This document shows, piece after piece, positions 17,901 to 27,224 of a stretch of DNA of 64,000 nt. Source of the DNA: Bdellovibrionota bacterium (GTDB lineage Bacteria > Bdellovibrionota_G > JALEGL01 > DATDPG01). Below the pieces are notes generated by a model. That model saw only the letters and a program-made list of their open reading frames with translations. It did no database searches and was not told the DNA's origin. The DNA is taken from assembly GCA_963668355.1 (NCBI GenBank), contig OY764265.1, positions 1,440,001 to 1,504,000 on the forward strand, read 5' to 3'. Numbering within the stretch: the stretch's first letter is position 1; each line of letters starts with the position of its first letter. The position numbers and the translations under genes are program-made.

Positions 17901-19779
17901 GCCATCCGACTTTTAAATTCGGTTGAAGGTGCGCAACGATGACCTGATTGATGGCGGACATGCCGACTTCCGAAGGAACCATTTTGGGGAATCTTCGGCA
18001 GAGTAAGAGAAGTTCAGGAGAAACAATTCTTCCCAAAAGCTCATCGCCTGCATTTACAAAGAAGTTATTTGTAGCGTCAATGGCGTAGACGTCTCGAATG
18101 GCTTGAATGGCCGACTCACGATCTCCTTGGTGAATATAGGCTTTGGCCAACCCCTCTCTGGCGGCCAAATATTCTGGATTCGTTTCAATGGCACGAGAGA
18201 AGGCACTGACGGCTCCGCCAAAGTCCTTACTGACCAGGAGAGCTTCTCCCAACTGAACCTGCGTTCGAAAGTCTCGGGGATTGGTCTTGGTCAGTTCTTG
18301 GAGAACGGAGACGGCTGCACTGATTCGATTGTCCAGGAGGTAGGCCTTAGCCAGGTGATACCTTGTTTCCGGATTGTCCGGCCGGAGTCTCGTGGCGTTT
18401 TCCAAATGACGAATGGCCTGGGCTCTTCGGTCTCGTTCTTCCAAATACAGAATTCCAAGATAGAGATTGGCCTCGTAATTGGCATGGTTGAGTTCAAAAG
18501 CTTTGTTTAATTCCTTAATGGCTTGGGAAGGACGTTGGCTCAGATAGAAAGAGTACCCCAACTTACTGTGCAAGGAGTCTCGGTTGGGATCTAGAAATAT
18601 GGCCTTGCGAAGAAGAATGGATGCGGGTTCGGCTTCTCCGATGGAAAGGTATACATCGGCTTGTTTCTCCAAGCTCTGTGCGGATGTGAAGATTTTGTTC
18701 GCTCGGGCATAAGCACTTTGAGCGAGCGAAAAATGACGGACCCGCTCCGCCAGGGCTCCTGCCGTTTGATAGGCTTCGGAGGCTGCTTTGGCTCGTTTTC
18801 GGAGGCTGTAGAGGCTTCCCAACGCTTCAAACACCTCGGGGCGTGTGGCCCCCAAATCTCGGGCCTTTTCGTAGGCCATCAAGGCCTCATGGCTTCTTCC
18901 TAAAGCTTCATATGCACGAGCTAGACCCACCTGGGCCATGGCGTCTTTGGGATCTTTGGCTGCTGCCCGTTTGTAGAAGGACATCGCTTTTCCAGGATTT
19001 TTGCTTTGGAGATAAAGATCGCCCTTTCCGATCAAGGCCCTTGGATTGGAAGGATTCCTTCTCAAAGCCTCGTCGTAGCGAAGCATGGACTTTTTGGTGT
19101 CCCCCATAAAGGCATACGCTCGTCCCGCCTGTTCGGGGTCGGTCAATTTCCCTACCCAATTTTTCCCCCGTTTTTCGAGTTCATGTTGGGGAGCTTTGAA
19201 TTTGGAGTCGATGGATTGAGAACGAGCAAAACCTTCGAAGGCTTTGACATATTCTTTTCGCCGGAGGGCAGCACCTGCTTCTCCTAATGCCTGGATGGCC
19301 CCCACCTGAGACGTGTGAAAACGGGTGATTTCTACTTTCTCTTGTGTCGGAACCGAAGTTCGTAGGAGTCCCATGGCCGCATCGAATAGACGGTCTTGAA
19401 GAAATTTGATTTCTCCATAGGTCCCTCGGAGCTGTTGACTTCCCAAGTTGTAACCCGTTTGAACGTCATAGGCCCGAACCGAAAGCAAAAAATGAGGCGT
19501 TCCCTCTTTAAAATGCATTTTGATTTCTACATTGGCTTTTCCCCCGTTAGCCCCCCCCAATTCAAATTGACCGGTTTGCTCCAAGTCGCTGCTTAAGACT
19601 TGTTTAAGGCCCATCATGACCAAGGGGTACTTGGAGTTTCCTTGGACAGGCGCGATTCGGACGCGAATCAGGGCCAGAGAGAGAGAAGGAGCCAGGAAGG
19701 TGCAAAGCAAGACAGACCAAAGAATGAAATTCTTTTTACAGAGAGATGTCCAATTTTGCAGGTTCTTGAAATTCATCAA
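14980..19779 (-). CDS. Transmembrane TPR-repeat Hanks-type Ser/Thr protein kinase (1599 aa)
   Basis: Signal peptide, N-terminal TPRs, central TM helix (WLPILWSIILLLFVLPPL), second TPR block, kinase motifs LGRGAMGIVY, VAFK, HRDVKPSN, DFGLA, GTPLYMSPE. Confidence 0.9.
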   Translation of the reverse strand: MMNFKNLQNWTSLCKKNFILWSVLLCTFLAPSLSLALIRVRIAPVQGNSKYPLVMMGLKQVLSSDLEQTGQFELGGANGGKANVEIKMHFKEGTPHFLLSVRAYDVQTGYNLGSQQLRGTYGEIKFLQDRLFDAAMGLLRTSVPTQEKVEITRFHTSQVGAIQALGEAGAALRRKEYVKAFEGFARSQSIDSKFKAPQHELEKRGKNWVGKLTDPEQAGRAYAFMGDTKKSMLRYDEALRRNPSNPRALIGKGDLYLQSKNPGKAMSFYKRAAAKDPKDAMAQVGLARAYEALGRSHEALMAYEKARDLGATRPEVFEALGSLYSLRKRAKAASEAYQTAGALAERVRHFSLAQSAYARANKIFTSAQSLEKQADVYLSIGEAEPASILLRKAIFLDPNRDSLHSKLGYSFYLSQRPSQAIKELNKAFELNHANYEANLYLGILYLEERDRRAQAIRHLENATRLRPDNPETRYHLAKAYLLDNRISAAVSVLQELTKTNPRDFRTQVQLGEALLVSKDFGGAVSAFSRAIETNPEYLAAREGLAKAYIHQGDRESAIQAIRDVYAIDATNNFFVNAGDELLGRIVSPELLLLCRRFPKMVPSEVGMSAINQVIVAHLQPNLKVGWPVIKKYLFEPFEIDTKRIRQDLELAFLAQYRVIQHTHLKHFKPKEVTFNSFGSPGYLEPELAKDSLDGIFAFDIAGHETRENNTSVSFYIQLFSPISEERVTLDTRISYPTPQIRHFNKWLPILWSIILLLFVLPPLYLARIRSTQRGKGNLMVIINYDPKMESFLTLKLSKKKEKEKDSGPLIVSDREKYEKKKYKQLLKQKGAWVRKMVGKQTLFENVPARDYFVYLYGTIEDTALTKKTIGNYYMFQKARVEKGKTRQIVFQLVKEESFVTIFVRRGEEEVQGVELRIPGDPDVKYVKPGTGGFIYLKQGNHKIQIIHGEDSWIYPITIPDLEDRVVNIDLDTLPEPGGEEAEEETVTMAGTPDNSYSDQSAMSHGELDLGPSPAEEAANISSADLDPEVKAQALVKERKLLEAAQIYHDAGNMDKAKYLFGVHAYQEGDLEKALEYLEDSKHHAVLAKIYTKKGDVKKAAFATAHIYLSKGQKVEAAQCFVKAEAWAQAAEIYEQIGDLGKAAVLYAKDGDFALAGEFFAQAGDPRRAAMSFEKGGLLDQAITLYKELNEIDKVIDLFIRKEHFLEAATIYQEQGLIDEAIALCQKVPSYHQDLRKAQVLLGKMFVEKGVDDLAIKTLREVYDTSPADMDQESQYIFATVLERAGEFQSSLDIFEDLLKKDFHFRDVAQKVDEIKEKMANARPQASSPAHQETIAGAQTAEEKRYEIMDELGRGAMGIVYRAKDTMLDRVVAFKTLPHTLRDDAEALQSLMREAQTAAKLNHPNIVTIYDVGQEGGNYFIAMEFVEGKTLQQVLQKVKRVNEENFRAIAKPLCEVIDYAHSQKVIHRDVKPSNILLMASRQVKLMDFGLAKVLQDLSIDKTMLRGTPLYMSPEQVLGKDIDHRTDIYSLAVIFYELLAGRPPFIEGDIMYAHLHTQPPALSDLAQNVPDSIIQVIMQALSKDKTKRPNTATEFAQQLGL

Positions 19780-19869
19780 TTTATTCGAAAGACACTATTG
19801 TACTAGGGCCGTGGAAAATGGGAACTTCGGGATTCGGGAAAAGCCCTTTCTTTATGCTAGGATCACGCT

Positions 19870-20928
19870 GTGAATAAGCGAAATGACCAAGGCTCCCATG
19901 TGAGACTGACGGCTCATGCTTCCTCCAGTGGGTGAGCGGCCAAGTTGAGTCCGGGAGACTTGCATCACATTGTGGATGGATTGGGCGTTGTTTCTCATCC
20001 CAATCTCATGGTTGGATTTGATACTTCCGACGATGCGGCCGTGTATCGAATGCGTGATGATCTGGCCTTGGTTCAGACCTTGGATTTCATCACCCCCATC
20101 GTGGATGATCCTTTTCGGTTTGGAAGGATCGCTGCGGCCAATTCTCTGAGTGATGTCTATGCCATGGGGGCCCGCCCCATTTCGGCACTCAATATTTGCT
20201 GTTTTCCGGGCTCCGGAATTCCTCCCGAACAGTTAAGAGAGATTTTAAAAGGAGGGCTGGCTGCACTTCGGGATGCGGATGCACTTTTGGTCGGAGGCCA
20301 CACGGTCAAAGATCAAGAAGTGAAGTATGGACTTTCCGTTTTGGGAGAAGTTCACCCCGATGAGGTCAAAACCAATTCAGGGGCGAAAGAAGGGGATGTC
20401 ATTGTTTTAACCAAGCCCATCGGGACGGGCATTCTAACGACGGCCGGAAAAAAGGGATTGATTCCCTTCGACGAATTGGAATCCGTTCTTCAATCCATGG
20501 AGTGTTTGAATCGAGGCGCTGCGGAGTGTTTTTCGAATCTTTCGGTCCATGCCGTCACGGATGTCACGGGTTTTGGCTTAGCACTTCACCTCGCTGAGGT
20601 TTCAAAGGCCAGTGGGGTAGAAATTCGATTGGAAGTCTCAAAGATTCCTTTTTTTGCGAAAACCTTGGAGTTTATTCGTGAAGGAGTAGTTCCGGGAATG
20701 ATTCGATCCAATCAAGAAATGGCGGAACGTTGTGTGGTTTTTGAGGATAACGTGCCTTCGGAATTTCAATTGGCTTGTCTGGACCCTCAAACTTCGGGTG
20801 GATTGGTGGTGAGCCTGGCGGAGAAAGACGCTTCAACGTATGTACAGCGATTGAAAGAAAGAAACATATCCGCTCAGATCATTGCTACGGTTCAAAAAGG
20901 TTCTCCTCGGGTGCTTGTTCAGAACTAA
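19870..20928 (+). CDS. selD: Selenide, water dikinase (selenophosphate synthetase), selenocysteine-containing
   Basis: DDAAVY, DFITP, AAANSLSDVYAMG, TDVTGFGL and DPQTSGGL motifs. The frame extends upstream of the ORF-track start through TGA 19933-19935 as VRLTAHASSSG-U-AAKL, the catalytic Cys/Sec position. Confidence 0.92.
19933..19962 (+). promoter_or_regulatory. UGA-Sec codon and SECIS-like stem-loop
   Basis: TGA followed 11 nt later by the hairpin GAGTC-CGGGA-GACTT with a G-containing apical loop. Confidence 0.65.
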
Positions 20929-21084
20929 TTTGTTCCGGCTGTTTTTCACCGGTTTCGTGTGAGTTCATGCGGGAATCGAGAAGGTTTTCGCCAACTCTGG
21001 ATGGGAGCATTTTTCTAATCCATTGAAATCAAAGAAAAAATATACATCTTGTCCTGGGCATTGCCCTTGCACAAGTCGGGGGGA

Positions 21085-21495
21085 ATGCAATCTTTTCATC
21101 GAGCGATTTTGGTTCTTTTCATATTTGTCGGCTTGGCCTGGGTCAGTACTGATTCCTGTCAGGCTTTTGATATGAGTCATCAGACTCTGTCCTTCTCCAA
21201 ACAGATTCAACCCAAGGCAGAAGCGTTTGGTTGGGCTGGTTCCTTCTTGGAAAAGAATGAAAATCGATTTTCATGGGGCGTGTTTCTTGTGGATTGTTTT
21301 CTTGATGAGATGTCCCGCTTGTCTCTTTCGATCTCGAATTCGGCGTGGACAAAAGTTGGTGTTTCAGGACAACTCAATTTGGCTCGGCGGGTTTGCCTGT
21401 CCCTCGATTGCGGGATGGTCTTGAATCCCTCATTTCGTCACTTGCTTAGCACAACTGCAGCAGCAGTGGCTGCCATCACGTTCTATTTTGAATGA
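21085..21495 (+). CDS. Hypothetical secreted protein
   Basis: Signal-peptide-like N-terminus MQSFHRAILVLFIFVGLAWVSTDSCQA; no recognised domain. Confidence 0.45.
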   Translation: MQSFHRAILVLFIFVGLAWVSTDSCQAFDMSHQTLSFSKQIQPKAEAFGWAGSFLEKNENRFSWGVFLVDCFLDEMSRLSLSISNSAWTKVGVSGQLNLARRVCLSLDCGMVLNPSFRHLLSTTAAAVAAITFYFE

Positions 21496-21623
21496 TCGGA
21501 TGCGTTCAGGGCCTGCTTCAGCTCGTCCATAACCTCTTTTTGTCGTGCTTCGATGGAAAAGAGGTAGATGAGGGTTCCCACCCAAATGAGGAGATAGGCA
21601 CCAAATAAATAGTCTAAATTCAT
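21483..21623 (-). CDS. ccmD: Heme exporter protein D (46 aa, not in ORF track)
   Basis: MNLDYLFGAYLLIWVGTLIYLFSIEARQKEVMDELKQALNASDHSK: one TM helix with AY, then a charged helix; its ATG overlaps the ccmC stop. Confidence 0.8.
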   Translation of the reverse strand: MNLDYLFGAYLLIWVGTLIYLFSIEARQKEVMDELKQALNASDHSK

Positions 21624-22282
21624 GAGGACTCCGTTTGTTTAAGTTCTAGAGACTCCAATAAATTTCGGGAGCGTTCCAAGCGAAATCGGGCTCGCATCAA
21701 CGAGGCGAATAAAAACAAGGTTGCGATGAACGTCACAACAAACACAAATTGCATTTTTGGAGACATCCCCCCACCCGAAGGACCCATTACGGTCGGATGA
21801 ATTCCTCTCCAAAGACGCACGGAAAAATGCACCAGGGGAACGTCTAAAAAAGCGATGACGGCTAAAATCGCGGTAACCTTTCTACCCTGAGCGGACGAGC
21901 CAAAATAGGCCCTCAGTACCAGATACCCCGCATAGAGAAGCCATAGGAGCAGCGTGGATGTAAGCCGAGGTTCCCAGGTCCACCAGGCGCCCCATACCGG
22001 CTTGGCCCATACAGGACCGGTTAAAAGGACCAAGGTACAAAGAAAGAAACCCACCTCTGCACCGGCGACGGAAATTTCATCCCAGTGGCGACGTTTCTCC
22101 AAGAGATACATCAAGGCCGATAGGAATGAGATGACAAAACCAAAATACATCGTGATGGCCGTAGAAACGTGAACATAGAAAATCTTTTGAATGATTCCCT
22201 GGGTCTGCTCCATCGGAGCATAGAAAAAAATGAGATACAAAGCCCCCAACCAAATGAGGCAAGTGGAAATAAAAAGTTTCAA
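21620..22282 (-). CDS. ccmC: Heme exporter protein C
   Basis: FYVHV, WAKPVWGAWWTWEPRLT (WWD domain), WRGIHP. Confidence 0.92.
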   Translation of the reverse strand: MKLFISTCLIWLGALYLIFFYAPMEQTQGIIQKIFYVHVSTAITMYFGFVISFLSALMYLLEKRRHWDEISVAGAEVGFFLCTLVLLTGPVWAKPVWGAWWTWEPRLTSTLLLWLLYAGYLVLRAYFGSSAQGRKVTAILAVIAFLDVPLVHFSVRLWRGIHPTVMGPSGGGMSPKMQFVFVVTFIATLFLFASLMRARFRLERSRNLLESLELKQTESS

Positions 22283-22953
22283 CTGTGATCCTCCAAAGCG
22301 AATTCATAACAAAGCGCGCAGGCGGTTAAAAAGATCAAATCAAATCCTAGCATGGCGGTAATCTCCATGATGGGAATCGTGCCTTCCAAGCATTTGGATG
22401 TGGCTTGAACGCCAATGATGAACAAAGGAATGATGACAGGATAAAAAACAACCGGAAGCAGCAACGAACTCATTTTTGTGTCGCTTAAAAGATTTGCGAA
22501 TAATGTTCCAATGGCAGCGTACCCAATCGATCCCAAAACCAATAACGACATGAAGAGGAGTAACCAATCTCCAAAGGAAAAATTAAAAAGGAATAAAAAC
22601 AACGGCACAGCCAACATTTCAACGATCAAAAGGATGATCAAGGTCGTGAGAAATTTGGAAAGAAAAAGAACGATGCCTCCACATCCAGATAGAATGACGC
22701 CTTGTTGGACACGTTCTTGCCTTTCCCGATGAGCCAAGTGGGTGAGGGCAACCAAGCCTGAGAATGCGATGACGACCCACATGATTCCCGGTGCCACAGA
22801 AATGATGTTTGAGGTGTTGACCCCTAGGCTAAAATTGAAAATGACCAGTGTGAGTAAAACAAACAGAGCCATGGAGATGAAAATCTCCTTCGTCCTCAGC
22901 TCAATTCGGAGATCTTTTTCCGTTAAATGCAAAATGGTCTTCAGCGCCTTCAT
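22279..22953 (-). CDS. ccmB: Heme exporter protein B
   Basis: KDLRIELR, LLLPVVFYPVIIP, 6 TM helices, position between ccmA and ccmC. Confidence 0.88.
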   Translation of the reverse strand: MKALKTILHLTEKDLRIELRTKEIFISMALFVLLTLVIFNFSLGVNTSNIISVAPGIMWVVIAFSGLVALTHLAHRERQERVQQGVILSGCGGIVLFLSKFLTTLIILLIVEMLAVPLFLFLFNFSFGDWLLLFMSLLVLGSIGYAAIGTLFANLLSDTKMSSLLLPVVFYPVIIPLFIIGVQATSKCLEGTIPIMEITAMLGFDLIFLTACALCYEFALEDHS

Positions 22954-23582
22954 GTTTGCACGCTCCCTTGAACCAGGCGAACGGATCGATTCATCCATGA
23001 AGAAAAGAAGTCTGGATCATGCGTCACGCAAACCAGTGTGGCTTTTGGGCGGGAATCCATGATGACTTTTAAAAAGTTGCGCGCCTCTTCATCCAATCCG
23101 GTCGTGGGCTCATCCCATAAAAGAAGTGAAGGTTCATGCAAAAGGGAACGCGCCAAACTCACGCGTTGTTTTTCCCCCCGCGACAATGTGGATACACGGG
23201 CATTCGCAAATCGCGTCATTTGAACCGTTTCCAGCCACGAATCAACAACGTTCTTGGGTTCTTTTAAGTCATACAACTGGGCGAAAAAGAGAAGGTTCTC
23301 AACGACACTGAGTTCGTTGTAGAGAAAACTCTCCATAAACAACACCCCCAGTTTTTTTCGAGTGGAGGCCAAGTCATGTTCGGCATCTTGGCCAAACAGG
23401 CGAAGGGTTCCGGAGGTGGGAGAAAGCGTTGTGGCCAGAAGTTGGAGCAGTGTTGTTTTTCCTGCTCCATTGGGTCCGGTGAGGAGGAGTTTGTCTCCTT
23501 CAGCAATGTTGAGCGTCACATTTCGAAGGGCCCATTTCTTGCCGTAGGAACGGCTGATGTCTTTTAGTTCAACCAGGTTCAT
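22950..23582 (-). CDS. ccmA: Heme exporter ATP-binding protein A
   Basis: GPNGAGKTT, LSRGEKQR, LLWDEP; operon context. Confidence 0.88.
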   Translation of the reverse strand: MNLVELKDISRSYGKKWALRNVTLNIAEGDKLLLTGPNGAGKTTLLQLLATTLSPTSGTLRLFGQDAEHDLASTRKKLGVLFMESFLYNELSVVENLLFFAQLYDLKEPKNVVDSWLETVQMTRFANARVSTLSRGEKQRVSLARSLLHEPSLLLWDEPTTGLDEEARNFLKVIMDSRPKATLVCVTHDPDFFSSWMNRSVRLVQGSVQT

Positions 23583-24709
23583 GTGTTGGGTGTGTCTTTT
23601 TCTTCAGAAAGCTCGGCGTCCACCCAGACATTTTTCCAATAAGACTGACGGGTGCGTGCTTCTTCCGACGAGAGTTCTCCTCTTTTTTCGTATTCATGGA
23701 TGGCTGCAAGTTGTTTCAAGGCCAAAGTCTTTCGATTTTGACTCTTTTCCGGGGTCTTGGGTCGCATTTTTACGAGTAAAAACAAACCCAGAAGTGCGAG
23801 AAAGAGCATTCCGAGTTGTACGGCGTGCTTGCCTTCATCTCCGGGAAGAGGAAGACCCTCCAGCGTAAATTGCAGCGGTTGCTCCGATGTGAAAGGGCCA
23901 CCGGTATATACATAAAATGTGGCGCCATTTTGTTCCTTGGGCTCCCCTTGGACCAATCCCGGTCCTTCAATGTCATAATCCTGATCAATCAGGGCAATGG
24001 TGGTCTTGGATCGAGGAAGTTTCCAGGGAAAATCAAATTCGATGTTTCTGGCGTCATATTGGTAGAGATAGTTGAACTCCAAATGAAGCTGATTGGCTTC
24101 TCCGGGTTCAATGGCTCGATTCAGACGGAGACACGTCTCATTTGGAATCAAATCCAAGGATTGTTGAGACACGCCGCTCAAAAAATGAAGCTGGAAACCT
24201 CCCTTGGCCAAAGGAATGTCAAAGGGGGCAGCCCCATGAGAGTCATAGGTTTGTTTGCCGTTGTTGGTTACGACCAGCGAATGATTGATTTTTAAAATAT
24301 CGGTTTGACCAAATTCAAAGAGAAGAATTTCTTGAATTTCGAGATTCTTGGGATCGTTGGTGAAGGGATAAAGAACAAAGTCCTCCAGTTGAATTTCGGA
24401 ACGGTTCTCAAAGCCCACGCGCGGTTTCTTGAAGGGAACCCCCTCATGAATGGCGGAAATCTCGTATGCCAGGTCCGAAGAAGGATCCAGTTTGGAAAAT
24501 CGGAACTCCCCTCGTGAGTTGCTTTTCGTTCGTTCTGCGGATTGCGCCTTGCCATTCTGATAGGCCGTCAGTTGCAAGGTGACACCTGTTTTGGGTGTTG
24601 TTTTGTTTCCTTCTTTCCACAGGACTTTTCCGTGGATCACTCCTGTAGTGTCTGCATTGGCAAGTGTGGCAAAGAAAAGAATAGAGAACAGGGTTAAAAA
24701 TATTTTCAT
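23579..24709 (-). CDS. ccm-operon accessory protein (periplasmic beta-rich domain, C-terminal TM helix and SHOCT-like tail)
   Basis: Signal peptide MKIFLTLFSILFFATLANA, carboxypeptidase-regulatory-like start, TM helix, KRGELSSEE tail; translationally coupled on both sides. Confidence 0.7.
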   Translation of the reverse strand: MKIFLTLFSILFFATLANADTTGVIHGKVLWKEGNKTTPKTGVTLQLTAYQNGKAQSAERTKSNSRGEFRFSKLDPSSDLAYEISAIHEGVPFKKPRVGFENRSEIQLEDFVLYPFTNDPKNLEIQEILLFEFGQTDILKINHSLVVTNNGKQTYDSHGAAPFDIPLAKGGFQLHFLSGVSQQSLDLIPNETCLRLNRAIEPGEANQLHLEFNYLYQYDARNIEFDFPWKLPRSKTTIALIDQDYDIEGPGLVQGEPKEQNGATFYVYTGGPFTSEQPLQFTLEGLPLPGDEGKHAVQLGMLFLALLGLFLLVKMRPKTPEKSQNRKTLALKQLAAIHEYEKRGELSSEEARTRQSYWKNVWVDAELSEEKDTPNT

Positions 24710-25296
24710 TTTGTCTCTCCCTGTAATGCATGGCCACATTTGTTGCAGAAGCGGTCGTTCGAATGAACCGCATTTCCACATTCCGGACAGAAGGCATTTA
24801 AAGATGTCCCACATTGCGGACAAAACCGATCCGTCGCCTGTGTTTTGGCCTGGCAGTTCGGGCAATTTGACGCATCTGTGCTCTCTACGGGTTTCTCTTT
24901 TTGAGGCTCGACAGACGTTTCCTCTTTCTGGGTTTTGAGCGGAATGCGTCTTTCGGCTTCCTTCCACTTGGCCTCCAGGACATCTTGTTCCTTCATCACC
25001 GCAATCGCTTTTCCCTCATATTTTTCCCTCAGTTGCTTGTAATCGTCGGCTGAAAGTTTTCCGGTTTCAAAGTCAAAATCCAATTCCTTGAGCGCGGTGA
25101 CCAGTTTCCGTTTCTCTTCCCGTAAATGTTGACGTTGATTCAAAAAAGGCAGACGGGAGTCTATCCAGCCACGGGTGTGCTTCTCGAAGAAAGGAAAGAG
25201 GATCAGCCAAAGGGCAAGACCCAGGATGGTGATTCCAAAAAGCCAAATCACGAGATGTCTCCTTTCGAAGAAGTTCGTGAATTCGAATTGGGCCAC
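24706..25296 (-). CDS. CcmI-like membrane protein with a double zinc ribbon
   Basis: N-terminal TM helix, ALKELDFDFETGKLSADDY coiled coil, CPNC/CPQC/CPEC/CNKC. Confidence 0.7.
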   Translation of the reverse strand: MAQFEFTNFFERRHLVIWLFGITILGLALWLILFPFFEKHTRGWIDSRLPFLNQRQHLREEKRKLVTALKELDFDFETGKLSADDYKQLREKYEGKAIAVMKEQDVLEAKWKEAERRIPLKTQKEETSVEPQKEKPVESTDASNCPNCQAKTQATDRFCPQCGTSLNAFCPECGNAVHSNDRFCNKCGHALQGETK

Positions 25297-27224
25297 ATGA
25301 CCACAACAGTTCCTAAGACGAGGAATAAACCTCCAATCCAGATGAATTGGATGAGGGGGTTGATGATGGCGTTGATGAAAGCAGAATTGTTTTGCGGGTC
25401 AAATTCCAGCAAAACCAGATAAAGATCTTCTCCCAACGTTCGGCGAATGGAGACTTGTGTGTCGGCCTGGGCTTCTTCTCCTTGGATTTGACTCACATAA
25501 AAAACCCGAGCGGGGTGAAGAGGTGGGAGGGATTTCCCATTCTTTTTGACCAAAATTTCCGCACGCACGACTTGCTTGTGGGGAGTTTCCACTCCCTGAA
25601 GTCCATTGAAGGTCAGTGTGTAGTTTCCAATGTTTCGGGTTTCTCCCGCGTTGAATTGGAATTCCTTTTCCTGATTGAACGCTCCTCCAGTGAATCCGAT
25701 GAACATGAGGACCACGCCAAAGTGCACAATATACCCGCCATATCTACGGGGATTGGAAACCAGCAAGCGTAAGAAAGCGGTCAAAAACCCTTCTTTTAGA
25801 TTTCGCATTCGAACCCGAATGCCTCGTTCGTATTCCAAGAAAATGGTCATCAACACAAAGGCGCAAAATGAGAAGGCGGCAATCACATAAGGTTTGTGTG
25901 AAACGAAAAGCACCGCAATCGAGGTTAGAATGGTCACAAGAACGGGCCAGAGGAAGTTTCGTTTGAGTTGCTCCGGTGTGGTTTTCCGCCACGCAACCAT
26001 GGGTCCGATTCCCGTCAAGAGTAGAAGAAGAAGGCCGATGGGAATCATGACACTATTAAAGAACGGAGGACCGACCGTAATCTTCGTTCCTCGAACCCAT
26101 TCCGAAAGAACCGGAAAGAGTGTTCCCCATAAGATGGCAAATGCTGCACCGACCAACACCAAGTTATTAAAGAGAAAGGCCGCCTCGCGAGAAACCAGGC
26201 TGTCCAAGGCGCTCTGACTTTTGAGTTCTTTTCTGCGGTAGAAGGTTAGCCCGATGGTTGTGATGAGCGTTAAGACCAAAAACCATACGAAGTAGTCGCC
26301 GATGTCCGATTGGGCAAACGAATGAACCGAGGAAATGATTCCTGAACGAGTGAGAAAGGTTCCGATGAGCGTCGTGAGGAACGAAAGAATCACCAAGGCC
26401 ATATTCCAGGTTTTTAAAATGCCTCGGCGCTCCTGAATGATCACGGAATGTAAGAAAGCCGTCGAAGTAAGCCAAGGAATGAAGGCGGCATTTTCAACGG
26501 GATCCCAGCCCCAATAGCCTCCCCAGCCTAGAACCTCATAAGCCCAAGACGCACCCAGAAGATTTCCCAAAGAGAGGAAAAACCAAGCGGTAAGGGTCCA
26601 TCTTCGAATTTGAAGAATCCAGTGGTTGTCCAAACGACCGGTGACCAGAGCCGCCATTCCAAACGAAAAAGGAATGCTCATGCCCACATACCCCAGATAG
26701 AGGGAAGGTGGATGAATCACCATATAGTAATTTTGAAGCAGGGGATTCAGTCCTCGACCATCCGTGGGGAGATAAGGCATCAATTTGAAAGGGTTTGCCG
26801 AAAAGACGAGCAAAATGAGGAAGAAACTGGCGATGACCATCAGTGTGGCAATCACATAAGGGAGGAATTCTTGATTCTTCCTTCGGTTCTGAAACATCAC
26901 GATCGAAGAAAAGACCAGGAGGATGAGCACCCAGAATAATAGGGACCCATCTTGTCCTCCCCAAAGCGCTGCAATCTTATAAAAGAACGGCGTCGTGGAG
27001 TTGGAGTAGAGGTAAACGTATTGCAGTTGGTACTGATCCTTCAGAAATGCGATCACCAAAACGACTGCGCTGGCTAGTGTGAGTAAGGCCGTGGCCCAAA
27101 CCGCATTTCGTGCGCTCAGCACCAATGAGGCGTTTTTTCGGTAGCCCCCAACACAGGAGATGATGACGGCATACGTGGACGTTAAAAGCGCTACATGAAG
27201 AAAAATATTGCCAAGAAGATCCAT
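25248..27224 (-). CDS. ccmF: Cytochrome c heme lyase
   Basis: WGGQDGSLL, GLNPLLQ, IHPP, WGGYWGWDPVEN, SVHSF. Confidence 0.95.
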   Translation of the reverse strand: MDLLGNIFLHVALLTSTYAVIISCVGGYRKNASLVLSARNAVWATALLTLASAVVLVIAFLKDQYQLQYVYLYSNSTTPFFYKIAALWGGQDGSLLFWVLILLVFSSIVMFQNRRKNQEFLPYVIATLMVIASFFLILLVFSANPFKLMPYLPTDGRGLNPLLQNYYMVIHPPSLYLGYVGMSIPFSFGMAALVTGRLDNHWILQIRRWTLTAWFFLSLGNLLGASWAYEVLGWGGYWGWDPVENAAFIPWLTSTAFLHSVIIQERRGILKTWNMALVILSFLTTLIGTFLTRSGIISSVHSFAQSDIGDYFVWFLVLTLITTIGLTFYRRKELKSQSALDSLVSREAAFLFNNLVLVGAAFAILWGTLFPVLSEWVRGTKITVGPPFFNSVMIPIGLLLLLLTGIGPMVAWRKTTPEQLKRNFLWPVLVTILTSIAVLFVSHKPYVIAAFSFCAFVLMTIFLEYERGIRVRMRNLKEGFLTAFLRLLVSNPRRYGGYIVHFGVVLMFIGFTGGAFNQEKEFQFNAGETRNIGNYTLTFNGLQGVETPHKQVVRAEILVKKNGKSLPPLHPARVFYVSQIQGEEAQADTQVSIRRTLGEDLYLVLLEFDPQNNSAFINAIINPLIQFIWIGGLFLVLGTVVVMWPNSNSRTSSKGDIS

